Assembly: GCA_030167865.1 (NCBI GenBank)
Contig: JALAGF010004118.1
Location: 62,001 to 106,049, forward strand
Length of the DNA stretch: 44,049 nucleotides
Reading direction: 5' to 3'
From: Craspedostauros australis
Taxonomy: Eukaryota
The translations under genes and the position numbers were made by a program. This document shows, one piece after another, positions 21,901-30,386 of the stretch. The first letter of the stretch is position 1. Each line of letters starts with the position of its first letter. The notes under the pieces are model-generated. The model did no database searches, was not told where the DNA came from, and saw nothing but the letters and a program-made list of their open reading frames with translations.

Positions 21901-22527
21901 GCGCTGATCGCCATGGGTAACATCCAGAACGTGATGAACCAAACGAACGAAGCCATGCGGTCCTTCCAGGAGGCGCTGAAGATCCGCACGATGCTTTTCG
22001 GCGAATACGACGAAAGCGTGGCCTTGGTGCTGCAGTACATGGGCTTAATTGAGTTCGCCGCCGGCAACCACGAACGCGCACGTGACCTGCTGACGGAGTT
22101 CATCCGCATCCGACGCGACAATAACAACCGCGACGACGGCGATTACGTGAACGTGCTGTTCACGCTGGGCAACATCCACAGGGTGACAGGCAACGAGGAG
22201 GAGGCCATCGCGAGCTGGACCGAAGCGCGCGAAGGATTCAAGGCGCAGGGCCTGGAAGAGTCGAACCCCAAGACGGCCAAGATCATGAACCATCTGCTGC
22301 AAGCCGACATGAAGGACGAGGAGGAGGACGACAAGAAGAAGAAGAAGAAGAAAAAGAAGGGCTCGAAGAAGAGCAACGCCAAAGCCAACGGGATGTTCGG
22401 AAAGGTGTCCACGAAGATGAAGGACACTAGCGCCAAAGACGACAACAAGCGCAGCGGACGCAGCAGCAACAAGAACAAACCGAAGAAGAGGAAGAAGGCC
22501 AAGAAGGGCAAGGGAATTCAACTGTAG
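12931..22527 (+). CDS. Giant NLR-like STAND NTPase: ~1590-aa D/S/R-rich disordered region + helical domain + APAF-1-type NB-ARC + ~16 TPRs + Lys-rich tail (3198 aa, apparently single exon)
   Basis: Uninterrupted ORF with first ATG at 12931. Walker A GVGGVGKST (18709-18735), RNBS-A-like 'VRNYFEDGVLWVYVG', Walker B 'VLVILDNI', sensor 'IVATTR', GxP motif 'CANHPLTV', and APAF-1 helical-domain-like 'YALEMMVAHMIRGG...LLANKKFVLGRL'. Kinesin-light-chain-type 42-aa TPRs run from ~20263 to ~22240. Confidence 0.88.
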   Translation: MASPEHSQSYSDDDEVDDGQSYDSDERSFYTDEEGSQASRRRRRQQQAKRHPEDDRSDASGSYDSRGSEGSFQDGDRSYYDDDDRSYRSDDDRSYRSGDDRSYRSEDDDRSYRSEDDDRSYRSGDSRYDDGGSRGSQSFRDSERSFHSGDDSQPSPRRASKDDEDYDEDYDDEFDDDSFANDRGDDRSQGSYDSREDDYDDDDGSRRRGGPAKNDSGKKSGGSEKEKGEGMKKGDDSAGSLDINAPSFHDDNEDSFGNEHSYGDDRSDRSDHPREDMKESQHSSYHSRNSGRDSYHSRSSRSGARDRDHDDDRSDRDCPDDQSDAFDDDDDRSYFDGSEDSESQQSFATDEDEFLANARDRKAASPTGSSRRRDDEDGASDRDRDANDNGDGDDRFDSRHSAGSFGEESYGDEDSRSGRDFASPKRADEGFHDGSDRSDSRGSKYSDRDDSYRDDGSFTSNRSLSKQSHASGQKTAEASHEDGVHSSHRSFADASSKGRYEDSYHSEEDNEASRSERNEMPRDNDPFMGSGTSFSNASFGGKKNDSVFQKSPEASNQSSADSDGFGTPSATKAAQIDGDDSSRGDDFDFGAKDGGFGDDAAFPTNASFGDSEHTEDEDGSKGDNGMGKSEGSSSNHDGDASDADHSDDDDAFRSTNDDFAAPVKTHEDSDDDSASAAKPDADAFQFGNDFDDGAFDDDPFGSASENQDQRNGDNDGEDEAKSKSNGNVAKDDGQQNGFGATDFSSAGFGSDAFSDAFDNDPFANADEKKNDTDEMSGRGGNDGDDPFGKQSDDDFFSKSGSQAFGTEGDFFDDKKQNDDPFANDDFAFDDAFAAEPAKTTAPDASDHDKPEEDDQSEQDDQPSPEDVPSNASESHSAGDNSFSQHMDEDSLAEIDKDDASPHRVREEDDDKADHRVDDEASQYSDDYDKKNDENGDDSNKGPEGDHAHDSSPKGKQIEQLTPPTDVDDGGASPVETTEETDVISRGSSRSFDSFDDRQGSRGPLEGDDASFQSSRYSQDDRSGRSQRSHSHSHSHSQSDYSRSQDSRDQSKYDQEGERRHHDDHRNDHDDDGGSAYVDEASYHSSDRSSYQSRSHSGSQSYVNSPSQRSRDASPHQSPSQQPQSRSQSPVSRSSRGSKSTYSQQQNSAAAPPLLPSPRDDSSADDDSSFKLEMEPEEPDEDLETSIRLGEVFGKPNDFFDDQSRDSTEADDAGELEEVEPENQDTEVDGGDEEDEDSPEKKRKPIDDDEVEEEGEFDDETRQSRSSSQYDEVQRPEQRPQTQDSVGSSYQSKGTYLSAEDSRDNLPQGSQTYSDGGHDKNDATSSRYEDSYENSYDDASRYSSKYSTAEYTEQSRETDVETASRKSSRSYRSRGSDSVSRSSSKKSRSKHKGKGKTKRRSKPSPGRGSNERQDASVNASINGSVSAVPSGQDDTSVDDVELASVEEDSREMIEDGDAPLHADYSNGSEYEQSIPQHAEGDGDEYGTEDDDRSASASASASKSRSKSKSKNASRSGRSSDSRATSMYSMESELREASTMDSQGLLAASAEDAHSYVSGGRSTNDATASIAKSSKSSKSKRRKKRRKKRSNKSEALISLSENIHETMLVMEEEAENKSEYSGSKNQNEDNEAHDLLHSFDALLVVLDQLSDELELISTFGKSKKKKNTSALVSVQALEAVISFDHVLDEIYDQLRRIIEDCFIDPPDDEMADMLKRLTALVDLLNETTHRVGEKQEWNTRAETVYVTLIELMERESLELNCYFDEQETPDYELSDSIYEAWQRSENRMELDQLMHAAELIDFRQICYEVLITMDQWCPDTDILMDICAIDPSLLEEDPIDFLPEEELPVIPEAAENILDQINGDPLPRPRVMASILRRILPPRAVVDKTVLDYFTSIRNTLDCPLDLPMTNVVSITSVPESLDQADALGVGGVGKSTLAAMVAAREDVRNYFEDGVLWVYVGDTELNYKRYTQCLTELISQLDSQNYPLVFPELIHTPGEPMTKRRRREAGFMIFARDTVASILKDKCVLVILDNICFEPDLSWFDFTALPDDGVEDFESVCAIVATTRYRDLLGAADTVEIDMFDEADAISLFIEESGDLSHSLLAESKKARQIVQECANHPLTVKSVGRWLHAKHMSAGIVSGIDEIHEMLVKSSDSPSAGDQASTDMLYEVLKLSLSPDVNGNLTIAVKFCLASFVTVFCAKEYVSDYNLVEPTPLIPTRMMELLFETLLELNESSLLKEGSLFSSQKESARAIVPTALCSLGVLQLHNFPWSTDGEVQEIHEFYQITHFIYQEYGEYLCNEDETLTYITKNAEREWNRAFVDAYLAEVEAWNDNIDDPGHSYALEMMVAHMIRGGMHKEAAGLLANKKFVLGRLLSFGRRVTTSRHIKDCELLYKVLVEHPGKGQARLEPRKVMKQAYRTLGGLLAFNDENDTEEELMQRNDDIAWSHYEIGFSLAEKRCWDAAIAHWETSHELFLSTKGPVELVAGIHYSIGVVYAEMNEYEKSLDSLKKCLRIRGTIHEENHSLYALTIQKIGDVFLGMSDYYEAMESYKWALDIMYKEPSLHRDHMGDILDNKGVIHKNKGENEEALKCHEEALRSKQIVFGQEHPELAVTYAHIGRCLSDSGERASAINHYDEAIHLLELDPEGGAERDAEIQAIEGMLYNLEEDEEMSVKCYEKALQILVMKVPYRKEKIASLLHVIGCIYLKRGEARKAMKLFEESLQARRKVLGFVHLDVANTLFVMSYLHQTRNRVDKALKCLEEALKIRQLRLPRSEKVAVTYAKIGTFAKEIGKTRKAERAFKEALKIRTELHGEKHEDVAEINQELGDLMNELGEYESAMENYMKVFQLRTEQLGSDHILVAETLHSMGFTLHHQGKTDRAIGCFKESLVIRAYYHGEDSSEVAETLNMLGFLTAKKGDLNDAMTFLWDALRIRKRHNDEIRVSETLKNIGNTHREKKEFDLALECYEKCLQIRRTELGDDHEKVADALIAMGNIQNVMNQTNEAMRSFQEALKIRTMLFGEYDESVALVLQYMGLIEFAAGNHERARDLLTEFIRIRRDNNNRDDGDYVNVLFTLGNIHRVTGNEEEAIASWTEAREGFKAQGLEESNPKTAKIMNHLLQADMKDEEEDDKKKKKKKKKGSKKSNAKANGMFGKVSTKMKDTSAKDDNKRSGRSSNKNKPKKRKKAKKGKGIQL
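13156..13300 (+). repeat. Coding tandem repeat, 5 x (D/E/G)DDRSYRS
   Basis: Five DDRSYRS units are read directly in the translation, with different synonymous codons in each unit. Confidence 0.9.
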
Positions 22528-22810
22528 TGGCGTCGCACCTAGAGTTACACTGATAGAGTACGTTTAGTGCGAGTATAGAGAGGGACGCTGAAGTGAAACT
22601 GCACGGGATGTTGAACGTGGGCATGCCACCAACAGTCTACGAATGCAGTGCAGAGGAGAGTTGTGTCTTCTGCGCAGTTCGTTGGTGACCCGAAAGTTCA
22701 AGCTGCGCGAGGTCGCGATCAATGGATCACGAATCAATGTCGGCGCACGACTCAATCATCGAGACGTTGTTCCTGTTGGCGTTGTTTTTGGTGACCTTGT
22801 CACTGCCGTG

Positions 22811-22846
22811 ACTGTTGATACTGTTGTTACTGTTGTTACTGTTGCC
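22811..22846. repeat. 9-bp tandem repeat (ACTGTTGTT-like) x4
   Basis: actgttgat actgttgtt actgttgtt actgttgcc. Confidence 0.75.
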
Positions 22847-23601
22847 ACCAGAGGGCAACAGGCACTGCAGTGAAGGCAGCAATAAAACCGACACAAAAAC
22901 AGAGACAGAGAGGTCAGCACAGCACCACACTCCACACCAACGCAGGAGCTGACAACCCAGACCTGCTTTCCATTGCCTCTACACTGCGGAGCCTCAAACA
23001 AACAAGCGTACACGTGCAACACTTGCACTCTCCACCAACAACCAAAGGCGCCAAGAGAGAGCCGACCCGACAAGGGATACTCTACGGACGTTACCACGGC
23101 TACCGAGCGGTGCTGCTTCCTTGTTATTCTGGACACGCTTGCGTCGTGCGATCACCTTGTGGAACACTCCAACCATCATCCACTGCATCCGTCGCTCAGT
23201 AGACAGCAGGTGCCTACTCTGCGGTATTGCGTACGGTCAGACTGAAGCAAGCTATCGATCGCAACATAGAAACCAGTTGTTGCTGCGCTGGCCTCCAACA
23301 GCACGACCCACACAACCTCAAAAGCGCCGCATTCGACTTACTCTTATTTGCTTACGAGTAGTATATGATAGAATATTATACATTCTGATATAATACTTGC
23401 TCAGGAGTATACTTGCTAACGAGTGCACCACATAAGCACAAGTGGTGCCAGTGAGAGCCTCTGAACTATTATATTAAGAGTACATACTCCAGTCAGAAAT
23501 ACATCCCAGCCACATGCAACGATTCGTATCGATCACGAACTACTCTACGTACACTACTTACATCACTCGACAACTTCGAGTGCGGCACCACAGAACGAAG
23601 G

Positions 23602-26109
23602 ATGGAGGGACTTTTCGAATCCATCACAGAATCAACTACCTGCTTTGCATCGCACGTATCGGTGGACGTCCGATCTGCCGTCGCCTGCTTTCAGCCTTCG
23701 AACGTGCTGACGGACGTGTGGATGATGTCGATGATGTCGATGGCGGTCGGCCTCTGGTTCGTCTTGCTCATGCTTCAAACCAACGCTCTTTTGGCATGGA
23801 CCGGATCAGCCAAACCTGTGGATACGAGCACGGCCGCATCGAGCGATGATTGCGTTCGGGACGACTACGCTCGTTTCGATAATCGCCTGAGCCAGGAGCA
23901 TATCTCACCGACGAGGACACCATCTGAAAGCACAAGCTCCTCGGAATCATCATCAATCACGAATGAACCTCAGTCTGCCCAGAGGCCTTCACTGCTCGAG
24001 AGCCTCAGTAGAGGCAGCATACGACTCTCCAGAGATGGAAGCAACGTGATTCGATCGGCGAACAAAGAAACAGACAGCTTCTACATCAATAATCTGAAGG
24101 GCAATGAAAACGTCGACAGCTCCGTCAATCATTTCAGCGGCACGTCCGGTTTCTGGGATGACTTGGTGCCCGGCCTCCTGGCACAAGATATGGCCAGGTT
24201 GCACGAATCCTTCTCCGGCGTCCTGAATGACAATTATGATTCCGATAACAAAGACGATCCGCCCGACATCGACGCCGATACCTCCGACGCCATCCATTTG
24301 CACCGACCCACAGCAACTCATTTCTGCTTCCTCATTCACGGCCATCGCGGCGTCGCACGGGATCTATGGTACATGGAGATGGCCATGCGCAAATTCGCCT
24401 CCATCCAACGAGATCAGCAAGAGCAGGCGCGCAAAAAGCGGTATGATGCTATGAAGCAGGCGGGGATGAATGCAACCAACGAAAGCCTGGACGATTGCCC
24501 GCTGCATGACATGATTGTGTATTCCACCGTCTGCAATGAGGGCAAGACAACGGACGGCATTGAGAATGGAGGCGAGCGCTTGGTGCGGGAGATCAACGAG
24601 GTCATCCTCAAGAAGATGCGAGAACGGCATCCTACAAAGGTGGACGGCAGCAGTTGCGCAGTTGCAGATTTGCATGATGTCACCATCTCCATCGTCGGCA
24701 ATTCCCTGGGAGGCCTGTACGCACGGTACTCCATTGCCACATTCACGCAACGATATTGCGAACAGCCTGCTTCGGATGAGACAGTGTTGCGCATGAAGGG
24801 CACGGACCTGCGCATCCACCTCAACATATTCTGCACGACAGCGACGCCCCACTTGGGCGTGTCGCGCCATACGTTCTTGCCGATTCCAAGATCCGCTGAG
24901 ATCGGCGTGGCGCATGCGATGGGCGAGACGGGACGCGATATCTTCCGTCTCAATACCCTCCTGCGGTCGATGTGCACCAGCTCTGCGTACCTGGACACTC
25001 TGGGCAGCTTTCGCAAGAGGACCGCCTATGCCAATGCCTACGGGACCGATTTTCCCGTTCCCACATCCACGGCGGCATTCCTGTCGGGGCAATCGAACTA
25101 CCCGCATTACTTCGTGGATGCCGCAGAGAAACAAGAAGCCCAGAGCAAGGATTCAGCCAGCGAGTACATCATTGCCACTTTGGAAACACCAAGGCAGTTC
25201 AAGACATCATCGCCATCGTTGTCTACTCGGAGCTCAAGCTCGCGCTTTCGATCGAACTCGGATCACAGCAGCAGCAGTAGGAGCAGCGCACTACAACCAC
25301 ATCAAAACGATGATGACGATGATCAGGACACTGCGCAAAGCTCGGATGAATCCGATGAATTGCGGCAAATGTCCGAGTGTTTGGATCAGCTCGGTTGGAA
25401 GAAGGTCTTCCTGGACATGAGGAGGGAGCTGCCGTCGATGGAGATCCCCAAGTCTGTTGCTCGCGTCATCCTGACGGGCAAGAAGCAGCTGCATCAACTG
25501 CAGCAGCAACAACAATCTCGACGAGCCAGCAGTTATGCGAGGGCCGGTTCTGGACGCGGCCTCCTATCCCTGTTGCAACAGGACCAACAGCAGCAAGAAG
25601 ATGCAAGCACGTCAAATCGCGAAGACGAGGAAACGAAACAGAAATCAAACGACCCCGTTGCCGATGATGACATCGTGGACAGCGATGAGAAGAGCAACCG
25701 CCGTTTGGATGCGCTGAGACACACAGGGATCGCGCAGTCGAAGGACCTGGCCAACGTCGTCTCGTACCAAAGCGACAACCGGCTCTACGTTCCCGTCGGA
25801 CACAACATGATGGTTGCATTCTCACGATCGCGACTGAGCTCATTCCTCCACATGGGCGGCAGACCCGTGGTCGATTCCTTGGCCCGGGATGTGATCAGAG
25901 ATATATTCCTGTGGTCTTCCGCTGCCAGCGACAGTCAGATACCTTCCGCGCACCACAGCCAAATGTTTCCAGAATCTGCAACCGCCAAAGGCGATCGTGA
26001 AAGTGACGCGAGAACCGACGGCCCCATCTCCTCCCCAAAGAGCCAAAGGCCATCCCCGCCATCCAAAGAAACGTCAGGCTGCGAACATGACGGAGTTGTT
26101 GCCGACTGA
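23602..26109 (+). CDS. DUF676 (ROG1/FAM135-like) alpha/beta-hydrolase, putative lipase, with N-terminal hydrophobic anchor (835 aa)
   Basis: 'FLIHGHRG', 'KTTDGIENGGERL', nucleophile elbow 'SIVGNSLGGLYARY' (GxSxG at 24697-24711), 'TATPHLG', 'ETGRDIF', 'YANAYGTDFPV' (Asp) and 'VGHNMMV' (His). The TM-like segment 'MSMAVGLWFVLLML' lies near the N-terminus. Confidence 0.87.
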   Translation: MEGLFESITESTTCFASHVSVDVRSAVACFQPSNVLTDVWMMSMMSMAVGLWFVLLMLQTNALLAWTGSAKPVDTSTAASSDDCVRDDYARFDNRLSQEHISPTRTPSESTSSSESSSITNEPQSAQRPSLLESLSRGSIRLSRDGSNVIRSANKETDSFYINNLKGNENVDSSVNHFSGTSGFWDDLVPGLLAQDMARLHESFSGVLNDNYDSDNKDDPPDIDADTSDAIHLHRPTATHFCFLIHGHRGVARDLWYMEMAMRKFASIQRDQQEQARKKRYDAMKQAGMNATNESLDDCPLHDMIVYSTVCNEGKTTDGIENGGERLVREINEVILKKMRERHPTKVDGSSCAVADLHDVTISIVGNSLGGLYARYSIATFTQRYCEQPASDETVLRMKGTDLRIHLNIFCTTATPHLGVSRHTFLPIPRSAEIGVAHAMGETGRDIFRLNTLLRSMCTSSAYLDTLGSFRKRTAYANAYGTDFPVPTSTAAFLSGQSNYPHYFVDAAEKQEAQSKDSASEYIIATLETPRQFKTSSPSLSTRSSSSRFRSNSDHSSSSRSSALQPHQNDDDDDQDTAQSSDESDELRQMSECLDQLGWKKVFLDMRRELPSMEIPKSVARVILTGKKQLHQLQQQQQSRRASSYARAGSGRGLLSLLQQDQQQQEDASTSNREDEETKQKSNDPVADDDIVDSDEKSNRRLDALRHTGIAQSKDLANVVSYQSDNRLYVPVGHNMMVAFSRSRLSSFLHMGGRPVVDSLARDVIRDIFLWSSAASDSQIPSAHHSQMFPESATAKGDRESDARTDGPISSPKSQRPSPPSKETSGCEHDGVVAD

Positions 26110-27388
26110 AGACGCTGCCACCATGCATCTCTCTGTCCCAGGATGCCTTCTGCGAGTGGGCCGTTGGATCACACGGCGGGGTTGCTACCGATCGATACAA
26201 TGGATGCCGTCTCTGCTACCGCCGAGCGATGATACCATACATCTATCTCTCCTCGTAACCTCTCTAATACAGAGCAAATGTTGTGGCAGTTTTATCTCTG
26301 TGATCAAGCGTGTTGCGAATGCGGGGCTGGTGGGAGCAAGCTTCCGCTGCTGCCGCTCCTGCTGCCTCCGGCTGTTCCGGTTGACCCAAAAGAGTACTGG
26401 CGGGTTGTGATGGTGTGGGTGGAAATGGCGATGTGAAGGAAGGCGCACAACAGGAAAGAGGAAGGAGGAGACTGGAAAGCGCCTGTGCGGCGTCATTCTG
26501 CCGTTGGCATCGGTAACTGTGCCCTTGTTCTGTTGTGATTGGTGCTCCGACGAGAACTGTGCACTGAACAACTCCAAACGTCATTTTGTATCGACGCCCG
26601 CTATTATGTTCTGTGAAGAACACCTTCTCTGCGTTCTGTGTGTTCTTCATGTTCTCTGTGATATTTCGCTGCCCAGCGCCTCACAAATTTCTTGATACCC
26701 TCGTGCGCAGCGATCATTCCCGAATGTGCGAAAACTTCTCATTGTTGACATTCATCGTGGTGGCCGCTTGTGTGGTTGTCAAGCGAGAGAAGGAACCACG
26801 AAGCAGCCCAGGCACGGAACCAGGTTTGAATGATGATGGGATGCGCACTGGCTTTGGTGAGCCATGCACGTAGATGTATCGGGCGAAGCTATCCACATCT
26901 CTTTGGGAAACGAGCGCGAGCGCGCGAGATTGAATACGAATACTGTGTAGCAAACGTAGAAGTGTCACGTGAGCTGTGCTCCTCGCATGCTCGGACTGTG
27001 CTCGGAGCCAACTGCTGCTGCTGCTGCTTCTTTTGCTTTCGTCGATCCACGCAATCACGAAGTGATGTCAAGGGATGTGAGTATGAGAGCTGGGCAACCA
27101 CTGCTTGTGGGGGGATTGAAACGGATTCTAAGATGTACTATGATGCTATTGTTGGGTATACTCGTTGAGAGCAGTAATAGTTCTATGTGTCTATGAGATG
27201 ATGATGTGCGCGCACATGCTTTGCAGTGTCCACCGATACGGGAAGTGCCACTTCATGGGTATGGCGCCGCGATTGGGTATCGGGTGTTGCCGTGGGTATC
27301 GCTGTTGCCAGATGTTCAAAACTTGAGTGTGATGTGTGGATATGGCAGAGTAGTAGGTGTTGCGTCATTTCAAAACTTTGCAGTTTGC

Positions 27389-28465
27389 TCAGTGAAGACA
27401 GCCATTCATGCGCCGGCAAACGCCGGAGTACATCTTCATGGTGTCATCCACAGAGACGGGACCGCGAAGAGTCGTGCTGGCAAGTCGCTTTCTGAGCAAG
27501 GTCGTGTCTGGCAAGGTTTTCCTTCCCCCTTGGTATGTTGTCGTGAGCTTCGCCGTGACCTCAGCGAGGTCGATCCAGCTATCGACATCGAACTCGTTCG
27601 CAAAGTCGATCTCCTCCAAGTGTGGATGGGAGTAAGGGATGCGTGGCTCGTAGTTCTTGCTGGTGTTGTTGCTGATGTCGTTGAAGGCGGATGTGGCAGG
27701 GTTGGTGAGCACTGGTTTGCCGAACGCATCAGTTCTCAGGGCGTTGTCATCCGCGCTGATGCTGTTGGGAGCGTCACGCTGCAGCGGCTTGATGGATGTT
27801 CCCAAAGTCGAGAGGTGGCACTTGAGAGCTTTGGAGCGGACGAGCCCGGTTGGTACGTTGTGCTTCGAGCGTCTGCGTTTGGCTCTGCGATGCTCTGTGG
27901 GACCAGAGAGCTTCTTGGAGTGTTTCATCTTCTTGCCAGAATGGCTTGCCGTTGTGTGACGAGCCATGTCGTCGGCTGCGAAGTGCGTGCTGCTGCTAGT
28001 GAGAGAATCCCATCCGCCGAAGGACGTGAGCTCCATCTCGTGAGTGAGGCTCTGTCGGACGAGGGCATGGCTGGGAGCTGAGTCGTTCTCGCAGTAGTAG
28101 AATGGCTCCCCGACAGTAGCAGGCGGGATTTGGAAGGGATGGAAGCAGTCCAATCGTCCAACCAATGGCGGCATCATGGACGGCTGCTGTTGTTGTTGCC
28201 GGCTGACGTTGCTCGTGGTCTGCTTTCTTCTTCTGCAGGACTTCGCCATGGCCATGTCGAGCGCTTCCGTTGCCGGCCGCGCAAGTGATCTCGTTGAGCT
28301 GGTTGCGATCATGACTATGTTGTCCTTCTTGTTGTTGTTGCTATTGCTGATGGTGAGTGAGAGTGGTATTGTTCTGGGTTTGTGGTACTGGTGATAGTGC
28401 TGTTGTTGACGGTTTATGGGCTGGTGATGAAGACTACTCTTGCGCAGATGTGTTTCTGTGCTCAT
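27389..28465 (-). CDS. Hypothetical protein, low complexity, basic NLS-like patches (start uncertain: ATG 28465 or 28312)
   Basis: Longest ORF in an otherwise ORF-poor 4.5-kb stretch, with poly-Q/N tracts and 'RRAKRRRSK'. No domain recognised. Confidence 0.5.
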   Translation of the reverse strand: MSTETHLRKSSLHHQPINRQQQHYHQYHKPRTIPLSLTISNSNNNKKDNIVMIATSSTRSLARPATEALDMAMAKSCRRRKQTTSNVSRQQQQQPSMMPPLVGRLDCFHPFQIPPATVGEPFYYCENDSAPSHALVRQSLTHEMELTSFGGWDSLTSSSTHFAADDMARHTTASHSGKKMKHSKKLSGPTEHRRAKRRRSKHNVPTGLVRSKALKCHLSTLGTSIKPLQRDAPNSISADDNALRTDAFGKPVLTNPATSAFNDISNNTSKNYEPRIPYSHPHLEEIDFANEFDVDSWIDLAEVTAKLTTTYQGGRKTLPDTTLLRKRLASTTLRGPVSVDDTMKMYSGVCRRMNGCLH

Positions 28466-30386
28466 CACGTGCACACGGGTGCATGTATTCGTGTGTGTAT
28501 TGGTGGACCAACCTTCGTCCTGTTTCTTGTATCGGAGGCGGGAGGACAGCAACAATCTCTTCTTGCCGGCGAACTCTTGCTCTGGTTGTGGTTGTGCCTG
28601 CAGCCCAGCAGTCGTCGAAAGAGATGGAAAGGGTTCACCCCGCAGTCATGGGGGGCTTGGGAGCGACAGAGATTGACAGTTTCGGGCCTTTGTCCTCGTT
28701 TGGTGATGAATTGGTGTGCGTGCGCGAAAGCCGAACATGTGGGGCGATTGTGAGGCGACGTCTTGTGAGGAAGTTCATCGTGTTTGAGACGCAGCGAACT
28801 CCAGCTGCTCCTGCTGTTGGGGATGGAGGCTTCCTCTGAAACAGACCACGGTTTATACTTATGAAGCGGCACTCGATCGTGACGATTGACGCACTTCGGT
28901 GCAACCATGTCCCATTCTGATGACATCATTTGATTGTATTCAAACTCTATAAAATGTATGTTAATTCAATGCTCGGGAGATCACAATCGCATCCATTCCA
29001 CTGATGAGATGACGCACCGCAGAGAACACACTGACATTCCACACAACATCCGCATTTTTGCGTTGTGATCGTTGTTGTTGCGCTTTTTCAGTACCTCCGA
29101 TGTTGTTCCGCGGAGAGGAGAATGTGATTTGATGTGACTTCTCACTTCTCACAACGACACAATCCACTCCAGTTTCTGACCATAAAAAAAATGGGAACTT
29201 CTGTCCTCTTGTGCGTACGTGTTGTTTGTGTCGGCACTGGCACTCGACAGGTTAGGTTTGATGAGAGTCGTTAGGTAACCGAGAGGGCGCCTCTCGCTGA
29301 GTACTGTATCTCCCAAAGGTACCGTAGTGCGAGTGTCTGTGTGGTCGGTCGTCGATTGTTTGAATGATGCGAGGCTGTGCTGAGTACAGCCTGGAGGACG
29401 TATTGTGGAGAACAATGGAACTCGAACGCATTCTGCGGCCGCAAAACGAACGTCAACAAGCAGACGCAAAATGGCGTCAGGCTGTCATCAACCTCGATAC
29501 GGATTGAGTTGTTAGGGCGGTTCGGGTTGAATAACTATGGGTACCAGGAGAACGTGTTGCACCGGAGAGCATCATTCTTACGTGAAGGATATGTTCCGTG
29601 CACAAGACTGACTCGCGATCATCCATGTCTTGGTCGTGGGCTGGTCTTTGGGTGGATCGCACGTACCTGACATCACAATCGTGTGCTTTCGTGAAGCTGA
29701 AATGGAAGCGCCCAGAGCAAAACGTGTGCTGAGAAGGAGGTCAAGGCACGTCATTCCAGTTCACTCGATTTCATCCAAAGTCGCCCAGCCTCGTCTCGAC
29801 GCCCCGCCTCCAGCAGGCGAAAAGCAACAGGACATCAGCGACAGAAACTCAGATCCAACTGATTCCGGCTTCGCCGACTTTTTCATCTACGAGCAGATCA
29901 TAAGACTATCCACCTCATGTGGCAATGACGCATGCTGATGCCTTGGTGTATCGCATGAGTACGAGTAATGACGGACGCAAAGTGGATTGGAATGGCAGAG
30001 ACCACAAGGATGCCCAAAAGCGCTCATTCCATGCGCACAAGCATGAGTACCAGTACCAATACCAGTACCAGCGCGAGCATGAGTGGTCGCCGCAGTGTTG
30101 CTGGGTGTGAAAGGATGGAGCGTCGCACAGAAGAGCCGACTGCTCCTGCCACACAGTACGCGTACCATACGCACCACGCGCTCTGGAGAGGATGGACATT
30201 GCTTTGCTGTGGTAGTCGAGGAATGTGTCTTTGGGTGTGTTACGAAGTGCGTCATGTCATAGGTTCGGGTGTGTGCCTGTTCTTTGCGCTGGATGCTTGC
30301 GACGTTCAGATGTGTAGCTGGAACGCATTACTATACGTTCTCTGCTTCTCTCTGTCTCATTCTTTCTGGAGTTGATGGAATGCATT

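Noticed and set aside
22513-22527. C-terminal IQL of the NLR-like protein as ligand for the nearby PDZ protein
   Set aside because: The motif is weak, and the two proteins are predicted in different compartments (cytosol versus plastid).
22870-23393. Small ORFs between the NLR-like and DUF676 genes (possible hidden effector or amyloid peptide)
   Set aside because: They use non-ATG starts, lack coding-like codon bias, and show no recognisable motif.
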